DNA of 64,000 bases from Raillietiella orientalis (taxonomy: Eukaryota): assembly GCA_036172245.1 (NCBI GenBank), contig JAYWIR010000006.1:5642001-5706000 (forward strand), read 5' to 3'. Of the stretch, positions 37,201-50,600 are shown piece by piece. Each line of letters starts with the position of its first letter. Within the stretch, counting starts at the first letter, position 1. The notes under the pieces were generated by a model. That model ran no database searches. It was given only the letters and a program-made list of their open reading frames with translations, and was not told the origin of the DNA. The position numbers and the translations under genes were made by a program.

Positions 37201-39907
37201 GCACGGCTCTGTCCGTATTCTGAGTCGCATTTCCACCTTCTGCAGCTCCGCCTCCGGCGTCCGCGGCGACTCCCCGCGGGAGACGCGCCTTCGCGCTTCC
37301 CCCAACGCTTTCCCGCCTCCAGTGGGCATTCGAGGTGCCTCGACTCCTTGGACGCGCCGCTCTTCCGAGGATCGGATCTCCTCCTGGTTCGGAAGTGTGA
37401 GGAACGCGTTCCCGGTTCAGGATGCGATGCGGGAGGGGTCGTGAAAATGGAGCGCGCGAGTCCCCCTACTTCTCGTTCCCTTCAGGCGAGAAACCGGTCA
37501 TCCGCTGCAGGTGCTTCAGCTGACCTGGTTGGAGAAACCAGAGGCGTTCCAGCGAGAAAATGAGAACGCCATGGCGTTCTCACCATTCAAAAGCTCTCGT
37601 TCTTTCTTCCTTCCTTCTATTTTAGATCTCGAGTGTATATGCACCGAAAAATCCGCCTGCACGGGAAATATGGGGGGGAGGGAGGGGTGAGAAACACACA
37701 CACACAGATCATGGTCACACACAGACACAGACACATGCAAACAGCACAGATACGTCGAGACATGATCCAAATCTCATGCTCATGAACCCCAGGCATTCCA
37801 CGGTTCCACCGGCTGCCAATTTTCGGAATGACGGGGATTCTGCGATTCGTCTCACTTCAAGCCGAAGCACCAAGGAAGAGCAGATGATGATGAACGCATC
37901 GCCTCTTCTCAAACGACTGTCGATACTTCTCTCTCTCTCTCTCTCCCGTGTTTCGAGTGCGTTTCTTTTGGGGTTCCGTGTTTGCTCGCGGGCCTGAGGT
38001 CTCTGGTGGGCAGTCACGCTTTGGGGCACCCCGTCAGTCGAGAACTGCGCGCTCGCCATAGAAAGCATGGATTCTCTCTTTTTCTTTTTGTTCACACGGG
38101 GATGTGAACGAAACCGAAATCAGTTCAAAGTGCCAGGTCCGAGGAATCCGATTCCCCGAGGAAGAATCTTGCACGTGTTGCTTGGTAACGCAGCTTCTGA
38201 GAAGAAGACGATGCCCATCACCTCCCGATGTGTTGTTTACAGATCACTTGAAAATATCGCCGGTGGGGATCATTTCGAAAAATTCACGTCGAACCAATAA
38301 ACCTTATCCACAACTTTCTAGGAAACATTTTGAATCATCTACAGAGTGTAATGGAACATAAATACACGCGCACTGAACAATTTTATTGCTGGTTATTGAA
38401 GTAATACGTTAGTAACGTGACGTGTGAGACATTTCCTGAAAATTGAATTGTTAGCCTCTCGAAATCTCATTGAACGAAAGATTATAAATGACTGTGACTA
38501 TGCAACCATTCACAATCATTCTCAGCACATTTTTTTTATTTGCAGATTTTGCTCATATTATCGGGAGTTGTGCCAAAACTTGATAAAGGAAGAGCTCCCA
38601 GTGCCATTTCGGATACGGACGAATTGTGGAAAATAAAAAAAGCATCGATTTTCAGAAGCAGAGTTCAGGAATTCAAAGTTCATTTCTCAAAGGACGGGAA
38701 TCGAAAGCTTTCTAGCAGTTTGTTAAAATCTGCTCCCAAATAATGCTCAAAAAAGCCTTCATTTTCTTTATACTTCCCAACCTTGGAAGAACAACGAAAA
38801 AAATAATCAAGAATAATACTTAAAATTCCATGCTAAATTAGCATCAATTTACAGCTATTGTAAGCTCAAAGGTCAACACTTTTAAAAATGAAAAACAAAA
38901 CAAAACATATGATTGGTACGAAAATCTGAAGCGTTAAACTTAATTATGACTCCAGAGTTTTAGGAATCATCATTTTCATTGACAAAAGAATGTACCGAGG
39001 AAGTGCTCTATTCGACGCCATTGCGGTTGAGAAGGTCTCTTCCAATGTTTCTTGGAATTTGTTCTCATCATCTATTAGTTAGTGAATGACTTTGTCTGGA
39101 GCTTATTCTCTTCAGCGCAGTTTTCATAAGAGGTGAAAACAGTTAGCAAGAACAAACGGGAGGAAAAAAAAGAGTAATCCAATGAATGAAAGAAGATTCT
39201 TGAAGTTCTGTTCTTTTTGGAATGATGCAAATTAAATATTAATTAGGTATTCAATAAAAATTTCTGAAATCAAACAGCAGTATAGCCCTACGTCTGATTC
39301 ATGCGTGGAAACCAACCATGATGATTCTTATCATGCACAGGCTACCAGAGTGAATGATTGAATGAAAGAAACTTGGAGGGTTTTTTCTTTTTTTTTTGTA
39401 TGAAAGATTTTAGAATTTTTTCCTAATGAAAGGAAATCCACCTCTACACGACTTCTGGTTTTGTCCATCGTGGAAGCAATTCCATGGTCAGATATTTAGC
39501 GATCCAAACTTCGAATTCTCTGTAATGCAACATCGGATTCCTCAAGTGCTTTTGTTTCGTCTAAACCAAAACGCTGAAAAGCGTACTTAGTGTACTTATT
39601 CTCGATTTGTTTGTTTGTTTTCCTTTTTTTTGTTTCTTTTCTTTCTCGTTGCAATGTGTCTGTGTTCTTTCTCGATCACTGAAGACATTGAAAATAATTT
39701 CTTAAGGGAATACGAAAAATCCGATCTACCGTTGATTGGTACCCCCATTCATGAGTGACTGTTTGCTCTCTGAGAGCATGGCATGATGTAAATAAGTCAA
39801 GAGTTATTCAGTTTTGGTCAGTTTAAGGAGGTTGGGAAGCCAAGCCAATTGAACCAACTTGGTGTCAAATTGCATAAAACCTTATTTATGTAGTTGAATT
39901 AATTACC

Positions 39908-41665
39908 ATGTCAACTGAAACTGTCTGCCGTTTCGTTTCAAAGAAGATAAAAAAAATCAGATGGAAACCATCCCCAAAAGATTGTTTCTTGAAAAATGAC
40001 GTCTTCATCGTTGGATCATGGGATGATAAAGTGATTGTATTTTAAAGTGCTTCATCGATTTAGTGTGTATTGTGTTGATTTTTCGAGTGATGTGCGCATT
40101 ATTAGTATCGTTATTTGATAAATTGCGGAATTTTATTAGAAATGCCCAGCAACCAGCACGGAGGCTGCATCAAACTTAACGTTAGCGTTCCGGTCTACAT
40201 TTTCTTGGACATAGTAGAGCTCGTATCTCATCAATATGCCACGCAATTCGTATATTCTGTTTTACACCGCTGTTTTGCGAACCCTTGAACCGTGTATGTG
40301 GAGGGGGGGGGGCATGGGATGCAAAACCGTACGATTCCTTGAACACTTCCTTAAGTGATCACATTGACTTCTTATTGATTTCAGAAAAACCTGATTTGCG
40401 TATGGCAACTCGATCGTGGTTCTTCAGAAGAACACTTGCTAGAGCCTTCCCTTGTCTGTTCAGTTCCCATAAGTGAAGATGTTTTGGCCTTGGAGGTACG
40501 GTACTTTTTGATTACATATTTCAGATTAGTGTTTTTATTAGTACTTAACTCCAGATCATGTTGTTCTTGGCGGATCAGATGGATGTGTGTATGTTTATCA
40601 ACATGGATCTCAAAATCTTACTCGGAAAAAAGAATGGAAAAACATCCATTTTTATAAGTTAGTATCATGTAGTTCAGTCATTAATTCCATGTTTTCGTCA
40701 TGGAAATAGGCTAGAGGAGTCTGATAATGATTAACGTTATTAATTTTTAGATCCAGGAAGGCACCCTGCACAGATTTAGCTGCATTGCATGAACAAATTA
40801 TTTCCATTGGAGAAGATGGTAAAATAAATGTACTGAATATACAAGAAAAAGATCCTGTAAATGCAGTCGGTAATTTTTATAATCTTTGTGTATGCCCTGT
40901 GTCTTTTATCTTAAGCATTTCAGTACGTTTTATTTACCACCTTCAAAATATAATGAAATTCAATTTTACTTTGTAGAGAATGGCTCCACATGCTCATTAT
41001 TGTGTGTGACTTACAGCACAGGTAATGAAATCCTAACAGGAGATATGCAAGGGCAATTAAAAGTGTGGGACTTGCGTTCTGGAATGAAAAAACACAAACA
41101 TGTCTTCAAGTTGCGTGGTCAAGAAGATGGCATTACATGTGTCAGTTGCCATCCATCTCAGAACTATCTGGTTGCTACTGGGAGCATGGAAGGCTTGTTG
41201 TTGATGTGGGATCTTCGCCAAGGCAGCCAGCCAGTTACAGTTCTGAATGGTCATCAGAGCACTAGTAAGTCTTCTTGACTATGCTGAAACTCAATAAACA
41301 CCAAACATCCAGTGCATGAAGTGCATTTCCATAGTGTTCAACCTAACAATGTCTTCTCTTGTTCAGAGGATGGCTCTGTATGGCACTGGAATATGTGTGA
41401 TTTATTAACTAAGGTGCCCCTTGACAATGGTAAGCCAATTAATAGATGAATGCTACTTCAAGGGATGATTGTCTCCACAGCAAAAAAGGATGGGGAAAAC
41501 AATTCTCTGTGGTTAAATGAGGAGTATGTTCAGAGTAACCTGAACATCACTTCTTTACTTCCATCCAATCATAAATCCATCAACAGTCTAGATGTTCAGG
41601 GAAATCAGTTGTTGTGTGCTGGAGATAGTGAAGCTTTCTTCCTTTTGTCATCCCTGAAATTATGA
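39908..41665 (+). CDS. Nup43: Nucleoporin Nup43 (WD40 repeat), 7 exons, ~352 aa
   Basis: Exons 39908-40030, 40385-40495, 40542-40657, 40751-40869, 40977-41264, 41313-41429, 41481-41665; all introns GT-AG and frame-consistent. Motifs FVSKKIKKIRWKP, VGSWDD, SIGEDGKI, GQLKVWDLR, CHPSQ..VATG, EVHFH...VFSCSEDGSVWHW and SINSLDV...LLCAGDSEA match Nup43. Confidence 0.93.
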
Positions 41666-44329
41666 ATATTAAACCTTATTTTCATTGTAGATGCTTTTCA
41701 TCCTTGATAAAACCGATCTTCTGCAGAATTCTCCCTTTGCCGAATGTGTCAGTAGACTAAGCACTATCAATAGTAGTGTTTAAATCATGCTGTATTACAC
41801 TGGAGACTATTGCATTCCACAGAAGTGTATTCCCAGCACAAGCATGCAGTTGCAGATATGATAATGAAATTAAGATGAGCTTGAAGTTCCTACATTGAAA
41901 TTCTCATGTGTGAAAAGGAACAGGCTTTTTCTTTAGTAAATTATTCCTAGCTTTAGGTATCAGAAACAGCCACGTTTAGTTACATTTCAAAAGGATTACA
42001 GACCACTATATTAGTGTGCACTGTTTTGTGGCCAGACAACAAAATGAAAGTTCATTTAAACAGTGAACTGGTATGCCATGCCATTGTTGGATCAGTCCAG
42101 TGTGTTTTCAACCTGGACTGATCCGACAGTTCATTTTCAAACAAAAGTTGAAGCCATACATTTGCTCACTCACAGTGAGCAACAAAAAAATGTTTTTACG
42201 AGATGTTCCTTATTATTCTAGAAATGGTGATGACCCCCTTTTTTTTTTCATTCTGACGTATTTGATGTTTCTTAAAAGTGCAAAAAACAATAAGTCCTCA
42301 AGTGTTACCTGTTTGCTGCATTGCTGAACATGAGAAGCCAACTAAACAGAAATACTTGCAATGATCTGATTGTTTTGCTGGTTTCACAATGACCAAGGAA
42401 CTCTTGAGATTCCAAATCCATGCCTGTAATTGGTGCCTGCTTAATTTTTTTGATTGTGGGCAGCAAAGATTTCCAGATTACTAAAAATGATGGATCCCTT
42501 GATGTGTAGGTCATTTATGATTCCAGATTTCCTTTCTTGGCAAGTTGTAATTAACCTAGTGAGTATTTCAACGTCCAGTGGCTATGCATTTGTGCTCATG
42601 GCATAGAAACCTTGAAGCAGCACTATCGAATTTTTTCTTGACAGTGCTGCTTGAAGGTTCTCACAAGTACTCATTGAACTTACATATATCGGGATCCTGC
42701 AAGCCCCATTGTTCAAGGGAATTTTCCCCATTTGATTACAGGGCTTGTTCTGGGAACGAAATAATCATGTGTAATCATGTGTCACAATCATCCATTGTTC
42801 TCCATTTGTCTTGTGCGCCTTGTTGCCATTGTTTATGCCAAAAGTGAGTCTTACAACATTCAAAGCATGTTGAAGGGGTGGAACGGAAAAAATTTTCTAC
42901 AGAAGGGTTTCTCCATAGGAACAAAAGTTGCTGCCGCTCTTTCAGCATCCCTCCCAGTTTGCCACCTCCAATCCCACCAAGCTGTCAAAAATACTCGCCC
43001 ACAACACCTCCCGGACCTTCACTATCTCAGGCCTCGAACTCCTATGCCTTTCGAAGATCTCATCGCCTAGTGCTGCAAGAATACAAGCAATGGAGTCCTT
43101 CGACTGATGTTGGTCGAAGATTTTCTGGTCGAGGGGCACTTTCCAGGTCCGCTGATCTTCCACGGCCCGGGGCAGGTCTAGATCTATTTCCTCATTACCG
43201 AGAGGACCGGCAAAGAGGCTGGTCGTCCGCGTACCAAAAAAGGCCCATTTCCACCACTTTGAACGAAGATAATTTCACAAGGAAAAAGAAATTGGCCCAC
43301 AGAAGCAAGTTGAGACTTGGTCTGGCAGGAGTCTAGAGCTACCATCTTGCATGTGCGGAGTAAAAAAGCAGGAGGAATGTGTAGATCGACGAAGAGCCTG
43401 TGCAAAGCTGGCATTAGATACTGCAGACGCGATGGAGAGTGCATAGGAGTCCTCCGTACTCAGATTCAAACTTTTCTGTCCGGTCAGCTTTAGATGAGAC
43501 TGCTCCATGCCCGTGGTTGTCATCCTTTGCTTTATAATCGTCGTACCTGAAAAATCATGGCCTTTTGATCGTTTCTTGCTACACACAAAAATTCACTGAC
43601 TGCCTAAGGATGAAGACCGATATGGCCAATGCCAATCTAAACCAGTTATATTGGATTTTCGAACACTGCTACTGCAAATCTACTGGTTCCTAACAAGGAG
43701 AGGTCATTATCCTAGACATCTCTTGCATCCCTATTTAACTTCCCATACCAGTTATACACCAGAGTGTATTTTCAGACCACCTAGTGTATTTTCATCCTAG
43801 TTTCAGATCTCCTCCCCACCTAATTAAGCTGTGGGATCACATTCTGGGCAGCCTACCTGGTCGTCTTCCCTCAGGCTTTCTAGTAACCGAAACGTACAGC
43901 CTTAAAGACTCGCCTAGACCACAGAACTCCTCCCAGTTTGTCACCTCAGCATGAAATGCAGCATTGCAAAATAAGGCTGGCCTGCCTGGTTCAGTATTCC
44001 TTTTGTGCCAACCGAACGAGTGTGTCTTTCGTTCCTATGTTGACCGCTCACATCGGAGAGTGATTGTTTTGGGGATGCATGAGAAAAAGGAGCCACCGTT
44101 AACCTTAATTATACAAGGTGGAAAACTTGGCTGAAACCAATCTGTTTACAGCAAAAAGAAAAAAGTGGAGCTAAGAACCAGCAGACAACGAACAGGAGCA
44201 GCTCGTGTGCAGAGATCGTTCGTTAGTGGTGTGTGCTCTGAGAAAAGTGGAATTCGTGCCATGCCAAGCACGTGGACATCGTTCCGGAAGAGCGAGTCTT
44301 ACTCTCCTTAGATGATTTCAGTTAAAGGA

Positions 44330-45452
44330 ATGCCTATGCAAAAAGAGCAGATCATAGATGTAAGAGTGAAACGAGGAAAAGATTTCTTGAAGGGGTTTCC
44401 AAGAACGGATAGGAAGGAAAAGTCATCTGGGCACAGACGTTCCGTTGCATTTTAGGAAAACCGAGAGGAACTGCTCCTGAAAATGCTGTTGAAAAGGTTC
44501 AATCCATGTTGCTGTTCCTTGACCGGAATCACTGTCTGCAACATGGAAGGGAGGGTCAGTTATAACTTCGTACTAAATATAAATGAGGATTTCTATTGGG
44601 AATTCATCCTTTTGTCAATCCTGACAGAGAACCAAGCAAGATTCATATCTTTGCTTTAGGAAAAAAACAAAATGCGCCCACGGCTTTCAGAGAGAAATAC
44701 TTATTTAAAGAACACAGCAAGCACAGCAAAAAGGGAGAACCAGGATGTTCAACATTTTTTAGTGCTGCCTCCATAATTTCTAGAGCGTTGCTCTCGATGC
44801 TCTTTGCGTGAAAATTGAAACCCCTCCAGCAAGATCTAAGTATTCAGAAGTTCTCGATGTGTTCATGGTAACAGAAGAACCCCTCGACACCGATGGTTCG
44901 TCGCCTGTTTTGTTGCGACCGCTACTTGGACACCACATCAAGGCGTTCAGAGAGGAATCGTGCACGCTGCTCGGAATCGACATATAAGAGATTGAAGTGC
45001 GCTTTTGTAAATGTGACGAAAATCGGGATATGATGAGTCTTTCCAAAGCGCTCCATGAGCTTAGCAGAACACGCCTCTTCCTAGACATGAGGTCGCGGAT
45101 TATTTGGTGCTGCTTTAGAAGCCGCCGCACAGTTGGAAACCAAAGCGATCCCACTGCCCATTAGCTCCAAAGAAGCGCGGGTCTGCTCTTTGCAGTGGCC
45201 TCCTCTTTTCATTTGCACCCTGAAAGCGTCCAAATTCTCTCTTCCCTGCTTTCGTAGAATCACTTGAGTCGAGAGGAGCTTGCAGTCTCCTCTGAACCAA
45301 TGTTGTCGAAAAGTATGTGTACGATGATGGAACCTGGTGTTCCTTCTATTCTGCTCGCTTTCTTGGAGGACCGAGAAAGTTTGCATCTCAACAAAAGACG
45401 GAAAAGAACAGAACGGCGTTCTTTCCGGCATCTCCAAGAGAACGTTCGTTAG
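44330..45452 (+). CDS. Hypothetical 4-exon ORF, ~135 aa, no recognisable homology
   Basis: Candidate exons 44330-44359, 44456-44554, 44784-44867 and 45258-45452 join in phase 0 via GT-AG introns with reasonable acceptors (cattttag, atttctag, ctttcgtag). Could be chance. Confidence 0.2.
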
Positions 45453-47169
45453 TCAGCCCTACGACTTTTTCCGCGTAAACAGCGGGTTTCCTTGGTCTGT
45501 TCATTAAGACAAAATACAAGCTTATGACATGTCTTCGGCAAAGCGGATTTCTACTCCGGTAGCGAGGACCTAAGCGGAGACAGAAGGTGTGAAGGAAACT
45601 GGATGATGAGGCAACAAACTGTGAAGTCCGTCACAACGGTGTTCCGGGTTTTCCTCCGCAAATCTTCTCTAGAATGATTAGAACACCCATTTGTGACCCA
45701 GATTGAACGAATTCAAATTTTTCAAATTTTCTTTAGAAATTTGAAACGGTGTGTTCGGTTTCTGTGGCTTTGGATAAAGAAGCAGGACTACTTTGTCTAA
45801 AAACTTCGATGCAAATGTTGTTGTAAAAGGATACAATTCCTTCCATTTATCGTCCCGATTATCATGATCAGGCTTTCTTCTGAGGATTCTGAAAGTAGCT
45901 GCTTGCTTGAGTAAGTCTTCTTTGAACCAAAATGTGAAAAATTAGGATATGAAGGTACGCGCTGTAAAAGGATGCATTTCAAGGTATGAGAAAAATCTAG
46001 AGCTTCAGTAACATATTCTGAGGAATTGACGACACAGAAATCAAAACAGCAAAGTAGAAATACGAAACGAGGATTGCCGCTTCCTCAGAGGACTGATCAA
46101 CACAACTAAATTTCTGTCGGGACTGGCAAAAACCTTGCAAAAAATGGGCGCCAGGGTGCAACGTATTTGCCACGGTAGGTCGCTACCGACTGTTTAAAAT
46201 TGATTAGAAAGGAGCAGTGGGCTTCCAGTTCACTACAAAGTTTCATTTGAGCTCAGGACTAAAGTTCAAATGATCTCTTGTAAACCCACGTAAAGAAATA
46301 ACAACCACAGTGTCGTTACTTCGAGTCTCTGAATTCTCTCCATTTTTATACAAGCTAGGTGGGAGAAAGGCTGGTCCCGAAAGAATTTCATAATTGTATC
46401 TCCTCTGCTGAAAACATCTATTCCGACGCTCATCACGTTGATTAGTATTGGGCTAATGCTCTTCGATAAGAATGGTTCGTGGCTTCTTAGAGATAGTGGT
46501 TTGTAATGCTGCTAAGAATATGAGTTGCGTGAGCTGTGAACTTGCATTTACAATAACCAAAACATAATTACGGGGAAATAGTTCTTGAGACATTGAAAGA
46601 TTCCATGTTTCTGTTATAATTGTTTACAACGAACGTATAATGCATGTGAGCATTCAGGTAGCATTCTATCGAACAGAATGCTGTGGCTTTTTTAGTGTTG
46701 TTCCGATGACGAGAGCTGAAAGTGCTCAGGGAGACTGCCTATTGGAAGGAAAAAGTGAAAGCACGGCATTCAAAAATGCCTTTGTCTCGAACGTGTGAAT
46801 TCCAATTCCTAGCAGCTCTCAGAGATGAAAATTGGTAACCCCATAGGAGGCTGCGTCGACATCGAAAATCTTCGCGTGCCCAGGAAAATAAATAATCACA
46901 CAAAAAAAGATTATTTTTGCTTTCCTAAGCTCGGCTCAGTAAATGTGTATTTTGACATGTACATGATCACGCATCTCAACAACTCGTGAAATCAGATCAG
47001 CATCACAAGTCAGTCAGCATCGTCTCGCTGATTTAAAAATCGTCTCGCCAAATTGATCAGGTGCTATGGATAAAGAGATGGAAAAAAAAAGGTTCATATA
47101 ATGAAAGGAAGCAAAAACAGAGTCAAACTGTCAAAGGGGATTTTTTTTTTCTTCCTTTTTTTAGCCGGA

Positions 47170-47460
47170 TTGGGATGTGGGATGGAAGGGTTGTTTTGAG
47201 TTCCGAGCGCTGAAGCCCTTCGGCGTGGTCCGCGCGCGGAGGCCCTGCAGCGCGCGCCCGCCATGCTGCGAGAGCGCCGCTTCGAAGGACGTGCGCCTGC
47301 CGTGCCGCCACCGAGTGGCTCGCCCGGGGCTGTTGTCAGGTGTGGTAGCGGCGTTCGTGGATGTGTCGCTGACCCCCCGTTCGCCCCCCCACATTCCAAT
47401 TGCTGTTTGTTTTGCAGGTAACTCGCCCGCTCGCCCAGGTGTTTGAGCAACAGGCGCGCT
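47170..47460. promoter_or_regulatory. CpG-rich island upstream of NELF-C/D (probable promoter or 5' UTR exon)
   Basis: Sharp GC/CpG-rich patch inside AT-rich DNA, ~200-500 bp upstream of the ATG. Confidence 0.4.
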
Positions 47461-47663
47461 GCATGCAGTGGTGCGAGTGGATATCCAACCGTCTAATTAA
47501 CTTTCGTGTTCAGTGTGTGTTGTGTTAAGCCGTAGTTTGAAAGATAGAAAACTGTTCAGAGTAGTGCGATGCATTGCACAGTTTGAATTGCATTTGGCTT
47601 CCTGTTTTTTTTTAAAGTTCAAATATGTTTTGATCAGGGAAGACCACGTCATGAAAGCCGAAA

Positions 47664-50600
47664 ATGATAGATGACTGTGAAGAACATGATTGGGAGGAAG
47701 AACATGATCCAGATGTGAGATAATTGGATTTTCACTTTTTGATCGCTTAAAGTGTATTAAGGGGAAGAGAAATAAATCTGCATAATTTAAACAGCCATGT
47801 TGTAACTAAGCTAAGTTAGTATGGATTACCATACTCTATCGTAGAATTTCTTTATTTGCCTAATCAGAAAGGATACCTTATGAGGTAGCTATGCGTATAC
47901 CGGGAATAAGAACCAAAAAAAAAAAATTCCATTTATAATTTTCTCTGTAATGGGCCAAAAGACTGATCAAGTTATTTCAATTTTTAGTCACCAATTTGTG
48001 AACTGAGAAATCATGAAAATCCTCAAGATGTTTTACAAGAATGTCTGGAAAAATTCACCAGCCAGGATTTTATTATGGAACCAGGCATCTTCAATCAGTT
48101 AAAACGGTATGAATGTGCATTTTAAGTGCTCTTCCACCATAGAGTGCATTATGTCATTAGTTTGTTTATTTTTTTTAAAGGAATTCCAATTCATTTATTC
48201 TTGAAAATGCTGGCTGAGCTGTTTTTGTATATGTGTATGACTTTTGCAAAGGCTTTTACGGCTTCTCTGCTTGCAGCAGGCAAGCACAGGAGATCAAATG
48301 AAGAAACAATGAAGTGTGCTTTGAAAGAAAAAGATCATACATGTATTAAATTCCCAAATGTGCAAATGGAGTTCTGATGTTAAGCAAATTCTTTATTTGT
48401 GGTAATTTGATAGATTAATGCATGCATTGGAGTGTTTTAATGAGATGAGTTACCAATTATCACTCCATTTTTCAAATATCCTTGTCCTTCAGAAGCTTGA
48501 TTTTGAACAAAAATATCAAAAATTGGTGTTCAGAAAACTTTTTTCTAGTGAGAAAAGCAATACTGACTGTCAATAGTTAGCAGTAGTAATGCATTATTGT
48601 TGATGCATTAATTCTTCACTTTAGCATTTAACTGAAGAGTCAGTTAATTATTGATGAACACAATTTCTGTTAGATGCTCTTTGGTTGCTATAGAAAAATT
48701 TTCAAACTATTGGATGAGTTAAAAGGGCAGAATGGAAATTACATGTACAGATGGTAGAGGGATGATTAATGATTGAAGCATATAAAAGCAGTCAAAGCTG
48801 TTACTCAAACTGGTACAGAATTTTAATGTGATTTCTGCAGAGAGTTGACCCTGTAAAATTAACAAGAAATAGTCACGTATAAAGTAACTTTATAAGTTTG
48901 ATTCACATACTGATCAATAATTATACCCACTGATGAATATAACTCTTAATTTAATAGAACCTTAAAATCAATCGAGTCATTTCCACTGACCATGATTTGT
49001 AGTTAATGAACTGCAGTTATGCTCTCCATAAGGTTTTCATTTCCTTTAAATTATGTATGAGAAATTGTAGTGTATCTCTGTCTAGTGATACTTCCATGTT
49101 CTGGTATCTTACAGACATGTTGCAAATTCATAATATATGAAAACTCAATTTGTCAGTGGTAGAAACATTTATGTGTTAGTTCTCACTAGTGTTGATGGTG
49201 TTTTTGATCTGAGCCACATCCAAGTGAGTGATAGGTTTGCTTTCCAAATTAATATTTGCTTTGGAACTGAGAATTCATCAAGGAGATAATAATAGAATTT
49301 GACTGTTTCTTGCTGCAGCAGTATGTGTAAGTTTTGCAAGTGGATGTTAGTTTTTCTTCAGAGTTGTGTTGGATGTTGCAACCCGTCATGCAAAAAACTT
49401 GAAGAGATTGCTATAAGTTTTAAATTTTTTTCATGATCATATGATACTTGGGTAACTATCATTGGTGTGATTTCCATTGTTTTCTTTTTGTTTCACTTTG
49501 TTCAAAATAATATCACTTGTTTTAGCAGTTATAAATAACAATGCTATGCTCTCTCCTTGTTGATTTCCGATATAATACTCAATCACATTAAAATGCTTAA
49601 TTCATCATTGAACACTTGCCTGTCTTCTGTTGCTGTTTATTATTTTTTGAAAATTTAGTGATTTAAGTATATCTGCCCTGCAAGATTTATTATTTATGAA
49701 TTAGTTAACAAGTAAGGTGCAGCTTGTGGTGCTTTAACACTACTGTTAAAACATAGCTTAAACTGTTGTAGAATCCATGACTGTGTTTCTTGTGCCCTGA
49801 CTTTTGTAGCTCTTATTTATTAGTTTTTGCCTTTTTCTCAAATTCATTTATTCTTGAAAATCGTTTTTCATACGTTTTTAGATTTTATAACATGGTATTC
49901 TAAAGTATTCTGAAGGTGCATGTTTTTTTACAGTAGTTTGCCCCCACATGTATTTTATTTTTTGTGCTGCTATATTTAGGTTACAGCAGAAATTGAGAGA
50001 TTGTCCTTGGATTTTAAAATACTCTAAGTGTGAAGGAGTTTTAAACATGAAAGACTTTGTTTACTTTATGAATAGTGGTGAAGAAATTACAATGGGATTA
50101 GAAAATTGATTTGGTATCATGTTTTGCTGTTGCCTCACAAAAGCCATCTTTGCATGATTCCATCTGCAGTGTACAGGAAGATGAATGTTTCAATATACAC
50201 CAGGAACATCCGATATATTTGCCTTTCTGGTTGCAGTTCTTGCCCCAAATTTTAGAGGGAAAATATGGAATAATTCCTATTTTTCTCAATTTAAAGCACT
50301 GATACATTGATTGTGTAAAGACTAGGCAATTTTGAAAGAATGTTCAATTGCTTAAGGGAAAAAAATGGCCCATAATAAATCACTGTCCTAATGCATCATA
50401 AGTGTGATGATTACAAATACCAGATTCAAATGTCAGCTTTCTAACCAATGTAATTATGATTTTTTAATTTTGAAATTGTTAATTGGCTGAAATTGTTAAC
50501 TGCTTGAATCTGATTTGAATTCAAGTGCTCAGCATAAATAAAAGTCCAATAAGGGACCATGAGCATTGTCGTCAAAGCACACCCCAAAATCCCCTCAATC

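Noticed and set aside
1170..38000. Hundreds of long overlapping ORFs in the GC-rich region (e.g. 2397-3407, 6213-7472, 10258-11310, 28543-29517)
   Set aside because: Arg/Pro/Gly/Ala-rich, open in several frames on both strands, running through microsatellites and showing no domain motifs. This is expected from stop-codon scarcity at high GC.
42860..43070. KGFSIGTKVAAALSASLP resembling a DIRS/Ngaro tyrosine recombinase HSFRIGAA motif
   Set aside because: The catalytic His/Arg and downstream GRW..Y are absent, and no RT or other element parts are nearby.
43275..43600. Minus-strand acceptor at 43547 with a possible 50-nt intron and exon
   Set aside because: No convincing multi-exon frame or homology could be built.
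47410..47423. TTTTGCAG|GTAACT as a recursive splice site
   Set aside because: Not inside a known long intron; more simply an ordinary 5' UTR splice site or chance.
50404..50490. GTGATGA...CTGA as an intronic C/D snoRNA in NELF-C/D intron 2
   Set aside because: No clear terminal stem or recognisable rRNA-antisense element; such boxes are common in AT-rich DNA.
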